From Octopus vulgaris (lineage: Eukaryota): a stretch of DNA of 64,000 bases. Both the position numbers and the translations under genes were made by a program. Where the stretch lies: the NCBI GenBank assembly GCA_951406725.2, contig OX597814.1, forward strand, positions 84,940,001 through 85,004,000, in the 5' to 3' direction. Below the pieces are notes generated by a model. The model was not told the origin of the DNA, ran no database searches, and was given only the letters and a program-made list of their open reading frames with translations. Positions 13,740 through 28,135 of the stretch are shown piece by piece (position 1 is the stretch's first letter; each line of letters begins with the position of its first letter).

Positions 13740-14150
13740 AATTACTGTGTATAGATCAGATTGAACCCTATTCAGTCATATATGCCATTGATGACTTTCT
13801 TGAACTAATCTGAAAAGATTTTTACTTTATTTTTTGTGACATTTGCAATGTCATTTAAGTAAGTAATAAACAGAAGTGGACCCAGTACAGTACCTCAAGG
13901 GACACCACTTATGACTTTTGTTGGCCTTTAATAAATGGCATCAATCACAACATGTTGAGTTTTGCTTGCTAAGGAATATTTAATCCATTGTGATAGCTTT
14001 CCAAAGACACTAATGTTGTAAAGTTCTTGAGCAGAGTACAGTAGTTCTCTGTCAAAACTTTACTGAGGTCAAGATATATAACATCCGGTCAAGATATATA
14101 ACATCCGCATTGAAGCTTTCTCTCAGAGCTTTCACAATATCATAAAGTTC
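13740..14150 (-). mobile_element. CR1-clade LINE RT fragment
   Basis: Minus reading DVIYLDLSKV..GKLSQWIK..TQHVVID..VISGVP*GTVLGPLLFITYLNDI..KIFSD. Confidence 0.85.
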
Positions 14151-14231
14151 TGGGCTTTATTTGTTTGACTAAACCCTTCGAGGGTGCAGTCCAGTGACTG
14201 AAACAAGTAAAAGATGAAAGGTACATTTTTT

Positions 14232-14463
14232 AAGGTGGCGAGCTGGCAGAATTGTTAGCACGCCGGGCGAAATGCGTAGCCGTATTTCGTTTGCCGTTAC
14301 GTTCTGAGTTCAAATTCCGCCGAGGTCGACTTCGCCTTTCATCCTTTCGGGGTCGATAAATTAAGTACCAGTTACGCACTGGGGTCAATGTAATTGACTT
14401 GATCCGTTTGTCTGTCCTTGTTTGTCCCTTCTGTGTTTAGCCCCTTGTGGGTAGTAAAGAAAT
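14232..14463 (+). mobile_element. Full-length young tRNA-derived SINE with 13-bp TSD
   Basis: A-box-like TGGCAGAATTG and B-box GAGTTCAAATTCC. Central GCCTTTCATCCTTTCGGGGTCGATAAA domain and tail CCCCTTGTGGGTAGTAAAGAAAT. TSD AGGTACATTTTTT at 14219-14231 and 14464-14476. Confidence 0.92.
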
Positions 14464-14889
14464 AGGTACATTTTTTTCATATACACTTTTTTTATTTCAA
14501 TACATACTCTTGTTCCATGTTCACACTTATTATTATGCTATAGATACATGTCACTTACATAACAGTAACATTGAAAAAACTTTCCAAGTAGTAACAATAA
14601 ATGTAATCTCGACTCTCCAATAATCACCTCCACTCTACTTTTGCATTTAGTACTTTTCCTTTTGTTAGTAAACTCTGTCATACTGACACTTATCTAGAAA
14701 GGAAGCTATTTATCACAAATACTATTAATGTTATCAAATAGTTATTACTATCAAAGTTAGCTTGTCATAAACATGCTCAAAATATTACTCCATTCTCTCT
14801 TTAACTCTGTTAGCCTTTTGTTCTTTTCTACAAAGCTCTATCTCAAAGTAATTACAGGTGGCCTCCACAGTGTGTGTGTGTGTCTTTAT

Positions 14890-15240
14890 CTATGTATGAA
14901 ATATTTGAAGAATGACCTCAGGAAGCTGAATCTTTCTGGCGAGATGACAAAGGACCTAGATACCTGGTGCCTGACCATACTCAACAAGTCCCGTACCCTG
15001 CAACAGAAGTGTTAATAATGATCTGCTGGTGTAAGGTACTCATGGTGATACCACATAAAAGCACCTGTGCTGTGCCATGTAAAAGAGCTTGTGTGGCACC
15101 GTGTAAAAGCGCTTGTGTGGCACTGTGTAAAAGCACCCATGTGGTGCCACATTCAAGTGATGTGCAGTGTCACATATATGCACCCAGCACAGTTTGTAAA
15201 GTGGTTGGTGTTAGGAAAGAGCATCCAGCTGTAGAAACAA
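14890..15240 (+). mobile_element. RTE LINE 3' end / RTE-tailed repeat with internal ~21-bp minisatellite
   Basis: KNDLRKLNLSGEMTKDLDTW (RTE C-terminus), then repeated G.GCCA.GTAAAAGCAC units and the GGTTGG.GTTAGGAA.GCATCCAGCTGTAGAAAC tail motif also seen at 51387. Confidence 0.65.
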
Positions 15241-15497
15241 CGTCAAATCAAATAACGGAGAAATAGTTTAAAAATACAAATGGAAATAACAGGACATTAA
15301 CAACAGGTGTCTTTCAACTAAGGGCGAATTAAATTAAGTTGGTGTGTGTGGAAGTGAAGCCTTATGGCAGGGATATAGAAGATGACAGGCATGGGGAGGA
15401 ATATAGATGTTGCACGGATGGTAGTCAAATCAAGAAAGAAAGGTCAGACTTGGCCAAATACCGGTCACGTGGAGAGAGAAGAGGAAGAGGTAAAGGC

Positions 15498-15506
15498 ATG
15501 TATATA

Positions 15507-15551
<45 letters not shown>

Positions 15552-15862
15552 AAACATATATGTATGCATATATATATGTGTATATATGTATGTATGTATA
15601 TATGTATGCATATATATATATGCATATATATATGTGTATATATGTATGTATGTATATATGTATGCATATATATATATATGCATATATATATGTGTATATA
15701 TGTATGCATATATATATATGCATATATATATGTGTATATATGTATGTATGTATATATGTATGTATATATATATGCATATATATATGTGTATATATGTATG
15801 TATATGTATGTATGTATATATATGTATATATATGTATGTATGTATATATATGTATGTATATG

Positions 15863-15895
<33 letters not shown>

Positions 15896-15896
15896 G

Positions 15897-15951
<55 letters not shown>

Positions 15952-16044
15952 GTATGTATGTATATGTATGTATGTATATGTATGTATGTATATGTATGTA
16001 TGTATATGTATGTATGTATATATATGTATGTATATGTATGTATG

Positions 16045-16077
<33 letters not shown>

Positions 16078-17182
16078 GTATATGTATGTATATATATGTA
16101 TGTATGTATATGTATATATATATGTATGTATATGTATATATATATGTATGTATATGTATATATATATGTATGTATATGTATATATATATGTATGTATATG
16201 TATATATATATGTATGTATATGTATATATATATGTATGTATATGTATATATATATGTATGTATATGTATGTATGTATGTATATATATATATATATGTATG
16301 TGTATATATATGTATATATATGTATGTGTATATATATGTATATATGTATGTGTATATATATGTATATGTATGTGTATATATATGTATATATATGTATGTG
16401 TATATATATGTATATATATATATATATGTATGTGTATATATATATATATGTATGTGTATATGTATGTGTATATATATATGTATGTGTATATGTATGTGTA
16501 TATATATATGTATGTGTATATGTATGTGTATATATATATGTATGTGTATATATATGTGTATATATATGTATGTGTATATATATGTGTATATATATGTATG
16601 TGTATATATATGTGTATATATATGTATGTGTATATATATGTGTATATATATGTATGTGTATATATATGTATATATGTATGTGTATATATATGTATATATA
16701 TATATATGTATGTGTATATATATGTATATATATATATATGTATGTGTATATATATGTATATATATATATATATATGTATGTGTATATATATGTATATATA
16801 TATATATATGTATGTGTATATATATGTATATATATATATATATGTATGTGTATATATATGTATATATATATATATATGTATGTGTATATATATGTATATA
16901 TATATATATATGTATGTGTATATATATGTATATATATATATATATGTATGTGTATATATATGTATATATATATATATATGTATGTGTATATATATGTATA
17001 TATATATATATATGTATGTGTATATATATGTATATATATATATATATATATGTATGTGTATATATATGTATATATATATATATATGTATGTGTATATATA
17101 TGTATATATATATATGTATGTGTATATATATGTATATATATATATATGTATGTGTATATATATGTATATATATATATATATG

Positions 17183-17223
<41 letters not shown>

Positions 17224-17413
17224 ATATATATGTATATATATATATATATATGTATGTGTATATATATGTATATATATATATATATGTATGTGTATATATA
17301 TGTATATATATATATATATATGTATGTGTATATATATGTATATATATATATATGTATGTGTATATATATGTATATATATATATGTATGTGTATATGTATG
17401 TGAATATATATGT
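15498..17413. repeat. ~1.9-kb TA-rich compound microsatellite (TATG/TGTA variants, G on + strand)
   Basis: Direct reading; source of the 600-730 aa Y/I/M/C/V ORFs. Confidence 0.98.
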
Positions 17414-17803
17414 AATAACAGTATCGCCCGGCGTTGCTCAGGTTTGTAAGGGAAATAACTATAAAGCATTTTTAGAGAGTTATAGCCAAAAAATAGCAAA
17501 AAAAAATGGAAAAAAAATTATGGTAAATTTTTTTTTTTGAGAGTTAAAAAAGGTGGAGTTGCGTCCCCTAGACGGTCTGTGGTTTGGGTTTCTGATTCTT
17601 GACCCCATGTCGAATTTATCGATTTTTTTCAGAACTGGGGGAACTTTTCAAAATTTTTGCTGCGTTAGTTTTGAATTATGACATTGGGCTATGTGTGTGT
17701 CAAGTTTCATCAGAATCGGTTGAAAGCCGTGGTCAGAGTGAGGGTACGAGAAAACAGACACACAGAAAACGCACAGACAAACTGCCGTTTATATAGAGAG
17801 AGA
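17414..17803 (-). mobile_element. Non-autonomous Helitron inserted inside the TA array
   Basis: Minus strand starts TCTCTCTCTATATAAACGG (17803). The 3' end has hairpin CCCGGCGTTGCTCAGG and a degenerate CTAG. The terminus resembles that of the Helitron at 32941. Confidence 0.8.
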
Positions 17804-20129
<2,326 letters not shown>

Positions 20130-20214
20130 TTTGAGACAAAACCACTATTTTGCAAAACAAACAAGGAAAGACTTAATCAATACATAAAAATTTTAATATA
20201 AAATAAATAAACCG

Positions 20215-20258
20215 CCACTACAATCGTTTCATGTCTTCAAATGACATTCGTCGGGTGG
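20215..20258 (-). ncRNA. Mirror hammerhead copy with core mutation (CCGACGA), probably inactive
   Basis: Reverse complement equals 20330-20373 except U4->C at 20253. Confidence 0.7.
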
Positions 20259-20329
20259 ATTTCCGATTTTCTAATTAGCTTTAATTTGAACCACATGACT
20301 AAATTAAAACTGATTAGAAGATCGGAAAT

Positions 20330-20373
20330 CCACCTGACGAATGTCATTTGAAGACATGAAACGATTGTAGTGG
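20330..20373 (+). ncRNA. Minimal type I hammerhead ribozyme (intact core)
   Basis: CCAC-CUGACGA-AUGUC(AUUUGAA)GACAU-GAAA-C(GAUU)G-UA|GUGG. Stem I CCAC/GUGG, complete core, 5-bp stem II, very short stem III; predicted cleavage after A20369. Confidence 0.8.
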
Positions 20374-21711
20374 CGGTTTATTTATTTTATATTAAAATTT
20401 TTATGTATTGATTAAGTCTTTCCTTGCTTGTTTTGCAAAATAGTGGTTTTGTCTCGAATTAATATTATATAATATTTTACTATAAAATTGGATTTATTCC
20501 TAAATCTGATTTTTTCCCCGTAAATTTGGATTTATTCCCTAATATTTATTATTATATATATATATATATATATGGCAATTACAGTGAATACAGAAATTAG
20601 TACATCTGCATATTTTTTTATTTCTACAGTAGGTTGAACAGCATGTCTGGTTTAAATTTCTCTGACTCGTGTTTCTGCTGCATAGACAACTAGCAATTGC
20701 ATTTGCATCCAGTTACTTTTGACCAGTTCTCTATTCAACTTTATTCCAGGTCTATTTAGTCATGTGGTTCAAACTGAACTAAATGTGCATAGGCTTAGCT
20801 ATTTTTATTTTGTTAGGTTACTATAGTTTTTGAGCGCTAAGAATGTGAGCTGAAGATTGGGAACTTGATACAGCTATAAAATTGCTGTGATCTTGACCTT
20901 ATCCTGACCCTAGGTTTGAAGTTTGAATTGAAATTACTAAACCTCTAATTAGGTCAAAGTATATATTTTTAAAAACTATAGCCTCGGGTGGATTACGAAT
21001 TAGTGATCTTCAAATATTATATAACTTACTGGTTACTGTATCAGATATAATGCTGTGTAACACAATCTTTGTCCTTGGGTAGCAACTGTTATTTCCTATT
21101 TGTTTACTTTTAGAAAGTATGAAAAATGGCTAATATTTCCTTCAAACTGTGCTTTTGTTACATTTATTCAAACCCCAAAGACTCCCTCACATGGCTATGA
21201 TGCTTCCCCACTACTCCTGCTATGATCAGTGATGCACATATTATCAGCCACTAAGGGTTATGGTCAAGCAACTGACAAGCAAATCTGTGGTATTGAGCTG
21301 AATATTTGTTATATCGATATTTCTGCTTCAGCAACTCAACTCTGAAATGTAATGGTCAGTTTCAGAACATTGATGTCCGAGTTGCAAAATATTATAAAGT
21401 TATATTAGCTTACAGTATTATAGGTAGCAATAGTCGAATAAAATTGAATAGTTATGTAAAAGGTTAAATTGAAAGCATTATGTAGTTGAAGAAAGTAAAA
21501 GTATTTTATGTATATGTTTGTGCATGTGTGTGTTTATATGTTAATGTGTGTGGATATATGGATATATATATATGTACATATATATACTATTTATATATCT
21601 ATATATGTATGTGTGTGTGTGTGTGTGTGCATGTATTCACATTATATATATATATGTATATATAATAATATGCATATATGGGTATATATATATATAATAA
21701 TATGCATATAT

Positions 21712-22050
21712 GGGTACAGGACCGCAAAAAAAAAATACGTTGAACACAATGAGAAAAGAAAACATAAAAACAAAAACATGGAAATGAACTTTTTTTCAAA
21801 CAACGAAAAAAACTGTACAAGACATACAACACAAGGAATATTCCCCTTCTTCAGTTGTCCCTGTTTCGTCTACTCCGCGTTTCAAAGGTAAGGACAAGAC
21901 GCAACTTCGTTGAAACAGTCCTTCCCGCAAAGCAAATTAAATAAAATTTGGGATTTTTTGTGGAGGGATAAAAGTAGTAACAGGAACAGGACAGTAAGAA
22001 CAAAACAAGACAGTAAAAGACAGAACAAAGAGAATAACACAGTAAAAACA
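21712..22050. mobile_element. Unclassified CpG-retaining interspersed repeat adjoining a TA/TG microsatellite
   Basis: A-rich block with retained CpGs in a CpG-poor neighbourhood, abutting simple repeats. Possibly another Penelope-like terminal fragment. Confidence 0.35.
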
Positions 22051-22472
22051 AATGATGAGGGCTGTTAAGCCAAGATGATGGAAAAATTATCCTGAAAACT
22101 TATGGAGACAGCTTATAGAGACAGGATAATTGAAAAATCTTTAAAATCCTTGGTACGATTCTCTCTGGCCTTGTGAATTACCTATTATTAACTTGTAAAG
22201 ATGCTGTGTTATTTTGAGAAGGAATTTTCAATTGGCAAATTCAAAGAATTTATATGGCAGCAAAGGATTATAATATCCAACATGTATGTTTCATATAGTT
22301 ATTTGCTATTATTATTATTAAAGATGACAAAAGCCAGCAGCAGAAATTTAAATGCAAAAATAAAATGAATGAATAAATCAGTTTTGAAGAAAAGACCCTG
22401 CCAAGACTGAAATGTCAGGTCCTCTAATTTCTCACCATTTAAGATTGTGCCCTTTTGTGTGTGTGTGTGTGA

Positions 22473-22531
<59 letters not shown>

Positions 22532-23259
22532 TATTAATATTTTTTCATAAAACCTTGTATTGTTAAAGGTTAAATTAAAAAATAAAAGTTTACACATGAA
22601 ACTTTATTTCTGAAATATATTTAAGATTTCGATTGTGCATATGAACATGGTGCAAATGTCTGCATACCTGTCTGCAGATTTTTTTTTAGTGGGACAAGGA
22701 ATGGACAAAAAAAAAATTATGGTAACTTATATTTGTAAGAAAATGTGTGTGTGTGTGATTATATGTGAAATGAACATTTCCATTTTGCTTCTGTTCTGTT
22801 GTGAAAAAATAAGTAACAAGAAGAAAAAAAAAGTTAGCTTTACTTTCTTTATGTTATTAGAAGTAAGTTGAAGCTATCTTCAATGAAGTTAGCCAAAAGA
22901 TAGCTGATATTTAGCTGGGTTTTATTTGTCTTTCTTTTGTCATAATAACTCATAATAATGTGCACTTACTCTTGACTTTGTCTTTTGTTGCTGATTTGTT
23001 TCCCATTTAATAATAATAGCCTAGCAGTCAGTACTTTTGCAGGAACATGTTGAACTTATAACCTTTCAAAACTTTATTGTGATGATTCTCTACTGTTCAT
23101 GTTGTTGTTATGCTCTCTCTCTCACACACACATTTTTCCTCTTTGCATCCATTCTGTGTGTGTGTTTTTTTTGTGCCTCTATTTGTTACTCTTTCAGTGT
23201 TTTTGTCTATTTTAAAAATGTGTTTTATTTAATAAGGTAGTCTGAGGAGGTGAAGCAGT

Positions 23260-23700
23260 GCCTCTGACCTTTTACAAAAAGCCCTCTGTGACTAGAGATT
23301 GATGTGGTTTACCATTCTGCTGGAACATGTGTAGCTACACAGGAAAAAAAAATGATAAGGTAAAGGTGGGGTAGGGGGTTGGGAATGAATTCCAGCAGGT
23401 TGTAGTCCTAAAGAGGAAAGCATGGGGAGAAGGGAAAGAGTTTCACTTGTTATTTGGTGAGTGAAACACAACAGGGGGTGACAGGAAGAAGATGAGGACC
23501 AGGAGAGATGAGTGGTGAAGGTAAACAGCTAACTAGCTCAAGCAGATGAGCAGAAGCTATCGTAGTAGCATTATAAGAGGCATTTAGAGGAAATAGTGCA
23601 CCAGAAAGCCTGTAAGTTTATTGCTGAGTGAACTCTTTGCCAAGTGATAGGACAGCCTTTTGGTTTTAGTCTAAGATTTTGTGTGTTTGTAACAGAAGCA
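23260..23700 (-). mobile_element. Decayed CR1/Jockey-like LINE 3' end
   Basis: Minus reading remnants FRTTTCWNSFP and YY..FCSS.ELVS, parallel to 11640-11830. Confidence 0.55.
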
Positions 23701-24379
23701 TTGCCACCATCCTCTATTACTTCTTGTCTCTCTTTGCATCTTTCTCTTCACATCCCTCTGTCTCTCTCTTTCTCTCCCCCTTTATATTCTATCTATATAT
23801 TTCTCTCTTTATATGTAACTCTCATTCATCATGTACTGTATTTGGTTGGAAGTACTGTTCCACATTGCAAAACCCTTTCACCCAACTATCTCGCTCACAA
23901 TCTTGCTCTTCATAAAAACAGGAAATTGCTCTCTGGTAAATTGGAAGAAATTGTAGATCATTAGGTTAAATACATTGCAGTATTTAGTTTTGTCTCTGCC
24001 TTCTAAGTTCAAATCTATCAGGAAGGTGGAGGCAGTAAAATAAATACCAGTCATATATTAAGGGTTAAATCAATTGACTGAATACTTCCTGTTCTACACA
24101 ATTTTTGTTAGCCTTGTGCTAATGTGAGAAATCATAATTATCATGATAACCATCATTATTATTGGAATAGTGAATTAGAGCTTTACATAAAATGCCTTGT
24201 ATTTTTTTTTAATCTTTGCTTTCTGATTTCAAATCCTGCTGAGTTCATCTTGGCTTTTCATTTCTCTGTGGTTGGTAGAACAAAATACCAATCAAGTACT
24301 GGGATCACTAGTATTGATTGATCCTCTACCTTCAAAATTCCTGACATTGTACCTGAATTGGCAACCATTATTATTCATC

Positions 24380-25195
24380 AGCAGGGCTTGTTCAAGATGT
24401 ACACATAGTTAAGAAACTGTTCTGCATACACTTGTGGAAGTATGTCGAACACCTGCTGTTGCATGTAGCATGGATCCACCTATCAGCAAAGTCTGTTGTA
24501 AAGAGTCTTTTGGGTGGGGAAGTCAGGCAGGCTTTATCTGTCTAGTCACAGTGGTTCTCAACAAGAATCTATGAGTTTGTTGTTAAAATTTATATTCTAT
24601 AAATTGGTTTATACTTCTACAATACACAAAATATTTTTTTTATACAATTCCTTATAATATTTAATTATAAAAATATAATAGGATTTTTTAAGCCTCAAAT
24701 GGCTATGGGGGTGGGGTAGCTTTTGAGTAAAATAGGAATCAAAGGGGTCCATAAGCAATAAACGGTTGAGAACCACTGGTCTAGTGGCTTTGCCAAAAAT
24801 GGTTGTGTGGTGAATGAGACTAAAAGGGCCGAAGACTGATACTATCCTCTTTGGCCAAACTTTCAACTTTTTCAAGTTGTACTTGAAAAGAAAAATCTAG
24901 CAAATGTGTTGAAAGGTAAATGAGAATAATGAGTATGACCCTATTGAATGAACCTGCTCTGAGCATACACCTGTATTGGGGGGCACTTAACTGTGATGTT
25001 CAGATGACTGAGGTTTTGTGGGTTTCCATAAGTAACCCTTGAAAGCCTCATTACTTTTCAAGAATTATTCATTGTTTGAATTTTTTCTTTCTATTATTTT
25101 CCTTTTTTTCACACCTTTTATGTAACCCATTATGTCTTGTACTGTTCTCAATGTTTCTTTAAATCCTTGAGGGGTAATAAAGAAAGCATTATTAT
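24380..25195 (+). mobile_element. Tx1/L1-clade LINE 3' end, interrupted by a hAT MITE
   Basis: RACSRC..ETVLH (zinc-knuckle remnant), LWKYVEHLL and AGFICLVALPKMVVW reading through the MITE site. Ends GGGGTAATAAAGAAA plus (ATT)n. Confidence 0.75.
24549..24778. mobile_element. hAT (Charlie-like) MITE
   Basis: 14-bp TIRs CAGTGGTTCTCAAC / GTTGAGAACCACTG. Flanks GTCTAGTC(A) and GTCTAGTG form a near 8-bp TSD with a TCTAG core. Confidence 0.9.
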
Positions 25196-26681
25196 TCTTA
25201 GGGCAGCAGATTAAGGTGGTAGAGTCGTTAGCATGTTGGGCAAAATGCTTAGCAACATTTCATGTCTTTGCTTTCTCAGTTCAAATTCTCAGTTCAATGT
25301 GATGAACTTAGCCCCTCCTTCAAAATTGCTGGCCTCGTGCCAAAATCTGAAGTCAATATTAGGGCAGCAAATTGGCAGAATCATTAGAGCTTTGAACAAA
25401 ACACTTTGTAATGTTTAGTTGTAGTGCTTTGTATTTGGAATTCAAATCTTGCCAATATCAATCTTGCTTTTAATCCTTTCAGGGTCACTTGAATAAAATA
25501 CTAGTCACGTACTGCAAGATGTGGCAATGGTATCAACTAGTCACTCCCTCCTCTCTAAACAGTTAGCCTTTTACCTAAATTAGAAACAGATGTATCCAAC
25601 CCATGTTGGCTAGAAGAGCAAATGTGAGAATGATGATCATGTCTATTATGTTTTTAGTTCAAATCCCATCAAGGCTGGGGTCATGAAAATAAGTTGGCAA
25701 GAAAGTAGTGGAGTCAGTTAAATTGATTATATTCTTCCTTTCTGTTGCAAAGTTAGAGACAATTTTTATTGACTCACATTCTTCTATGTCTTGTGGTTTT
25801 GTTAAAAAAAAAATCAATATTGTCATTATGAATTAAATCTGAGATGGAGAATAGAAAGACTCTCTGACATTACATATGTGGTTGCATGACAACCAATAGC
25901 TGTAGGTTTCTCCTGGAAGCATGTATCTATGTCTTGGGCAACCACAAACAATAGATGCATACTTGCTTCTGGCTGGAGGATATATATATATCTACTTTGA
26001 ATCAGCAGAGTGGCAGAGTTGATTGTGTTTTCACCAGCTCTTGCCTCAGTATTTATTATAGCCCCTGAGAATGCATCACAGTCAATCAATTCTTGCCTTA
26101 ACTAAGAATGTAACAGAATGTAGAGAAATATCTAAACTTTATTTCTCAGCTTTAACTCTGCCCACTGACATTTGTCAAAGAATTAATACTTCTTAAAGCT
26201 GGTTCTCCAGTTTCTGCTTCATTTTAAATACTATAAATAAGATGAAGCCAAATAGAAAGATGAACACCTACAGCCATAGCTCATCAGAATATGAAAAATT
26301 AATCGGTTAACAGCATGAAAACCAAGCTGAAATTTACCAGGAACCAAGCAGAAGCAATGTTAGATGCACAAAAGTTTGGTGATACATTTATTTTACACAT
26401 CACTTTTTGATTATCACATAGAACTAATGTTCAAAATAACACGTGTGTAATACCACATACGTAAACATGAAGCTCTCCTTTAAAGGTGATGTTTATAGTA
26501 GTGATTGTAATGGCTATTATAATGGTAATAACAATGATAAATAATAAGCAGTGTCATCATTAGTTTCTCTTAGTGACCAAGCAAGCGCTGTCAGATGTCA
26601 CATACATTTTCCATATTTTTTTTTTAAAATTCTCTTTTGCTACCCTCAAATTTTCCAAAAAACCCGAAATGGCTAGTTTAA

Positions 26682-27663
26682 CCCCTTAATAGATTATCCC
26701 AAGTTTACTTGTGCATTGCAAATGTATCTTTTTAGAACCAGACAAGTATACTTGGTCAAAGTTAACTTTTAATTTTAGCACTCAAATGAGTTTATTTGTT
26801 TTGTATTGTTGCATTTTTGAGCAATCACAAATTTACTTGCATTGTTGTACGCTTAGCAGCACATATTCTGGTGCCATTTCAAAGAATTTATGCTTCTGAG
26901 TTTTGAACTTTTACTTCAGTGCTTACTCAGATTCAGGAGGAGGTTGATGTCATTTTAGAACCGTCTCGTTTTGATTCTCTTTTATTTATACAAATAAGAG
27001 AATTATTTACACATTTTTTTTTCTCAAAATGGATGAAGATTTAGATATATTCAGTGATCACGAAAGCAATTTTTCATTTCATGATCTGGAAAGCTCTGGG
27101 GATGAATTAGACATGTGTAGTTCAGACTCTGACAATTTTTCAGAAGATGACGAAGATAATCAGATACATGCATATGCATGCCATGAAATCATTTGCTTGT
27201 CTGATTCTCCTCTTCCACTTCCACCAAGTGTTAAGAAAAAGAACCCTACAAGACAGTGTGAAAAATGCGCAGAGAAGAGAGACATTAAAGGAAAGCAGAT
27301 TCAAAGAGAAAGTAGATACGTGTGATGTCTGCAAGATAACTTTGTGTGTAACTCCTTGTTTTAAAAATTATCATTCTAAATAAACTATCTCATTTAAAAA
27401 AAATTTTCCTTTGATTTAAAAGCAATACATCTTGTAAAAAATTGAAGATAGTTAAGTTATATGTATTTTTTCAATATCTGATTTAACTCGTTTAAATCCA
27501 AATGAGTAAAAGTACATTTTAATTTCTATAATAAAAAATAAAGGAAACAAGATAAAAAAAACTTTTTTTTGTAATTAACACAGTGTATATAATTAAGAAA
27601 GAAAATTTAAAAAATATGCTCTGAAATGAAACACCATGTCAAAATAATTGATCCATTAAGGGT
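26682..27663 (+). mobile_element. Internally deleted piggyBac transposon
   Basis: TTAA (26678-26681) CCCCTTAATAGAT ... ATCCATTAAGGGT TTAA (27664-27667): 13-bp TIRs with 2 mismatches and a TTAA TSD. Confidence 0.88.
27029..27383 (+). pseudogene. piggyBac transposase remnant: acidic N-terminus joined to C-terminal Cys-rich domain
   Basis: MDEDLDIFSD..SSDSDNFSEDDED then PTRQCEKC..RESRY (frameshift) CDVCKITLCVTPCFKNYHSK*. The DDD catalytic core is absent. Confidence 0.85.
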
Positions 27664-27739
27664 TTAAACCCTGAGGAGAGAGCAGCAGTCACAAATGTTA
27701 ACCTGACTGTCTGCCATCCATCCATCCTCCCTCCCTACA

Positions 27740-28135
27740 TTGACCCCAGTGTTCAACTGGTATTTATTTTATCGACTCCCAAAAGGATGAAAGGTAAAGT
27801 TGACCTCGGTGGAATTTGGACTGAGAACATAAAGAGGGATGAAATGCTGCTAAGTATTTTGTGTGGTGTGCTAACGATTCTGCTAGCTTGCTGTCTTAAT
27901 AATAAAATAATGATAATAATGATAATCCTTTATATTAAAGGCACAAGGCCTGAAGTTTTGGCGAGAGGGGACTAGTCGATTACATCAACCCCAGTATTTC
28001 ACTGGTACTTAATTTATCAACCCTGAAAGAATGGAAGTTGACCTTGGCAGAATTTGAACTCAGATGTAAGGATGAACAAAATGCCACTAAGCATGTTGCC
28101 TGGCATGCTAATGATTCTGCCAGCTCGCTGCCTTA
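27740..28135 (-). mobile_element. Two tandem copies of the 14232-type SINE
   Basis: Reverse-complement B-box GAATTTGAACTCAGA and head GCCAGCTCGCTGCCTT, separated by (AAT)n. Confidence 0.8.

Larger units (their letters stand above)
20121..20550. mobile_element. Fold-back element, probably inverted Penelope-like pLTR pair, with hammerhead motifs
   Basis: Arms 20121-20287 and 20301-20467 are reverse complements (about 6 substitutions) around a 13-nt spacer. The right arm has an extra ~80-bp tail. (TA)n lies on both sides. Confidence 0.8.

Noticed and set aside
14232-14325. tRNA gene
   Set aside because: A/B boxes belong to a SINE head; no cloverleaf, and it continues into SINE body and tail.
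21330-21385. Short hairpin GCAACTC..TCTGAAA / TTTCAGA..GAGTTGC as a pre-miRNA
   Set aside because: Large asymmetric bulge; more likely a MITE remnant or chance.
21835-21890. Permuted hammerhead-like words on minus (GAAAC..GUA..CUGAAGA)
   Set aside because: No convincing stem I and only a weak stem II.
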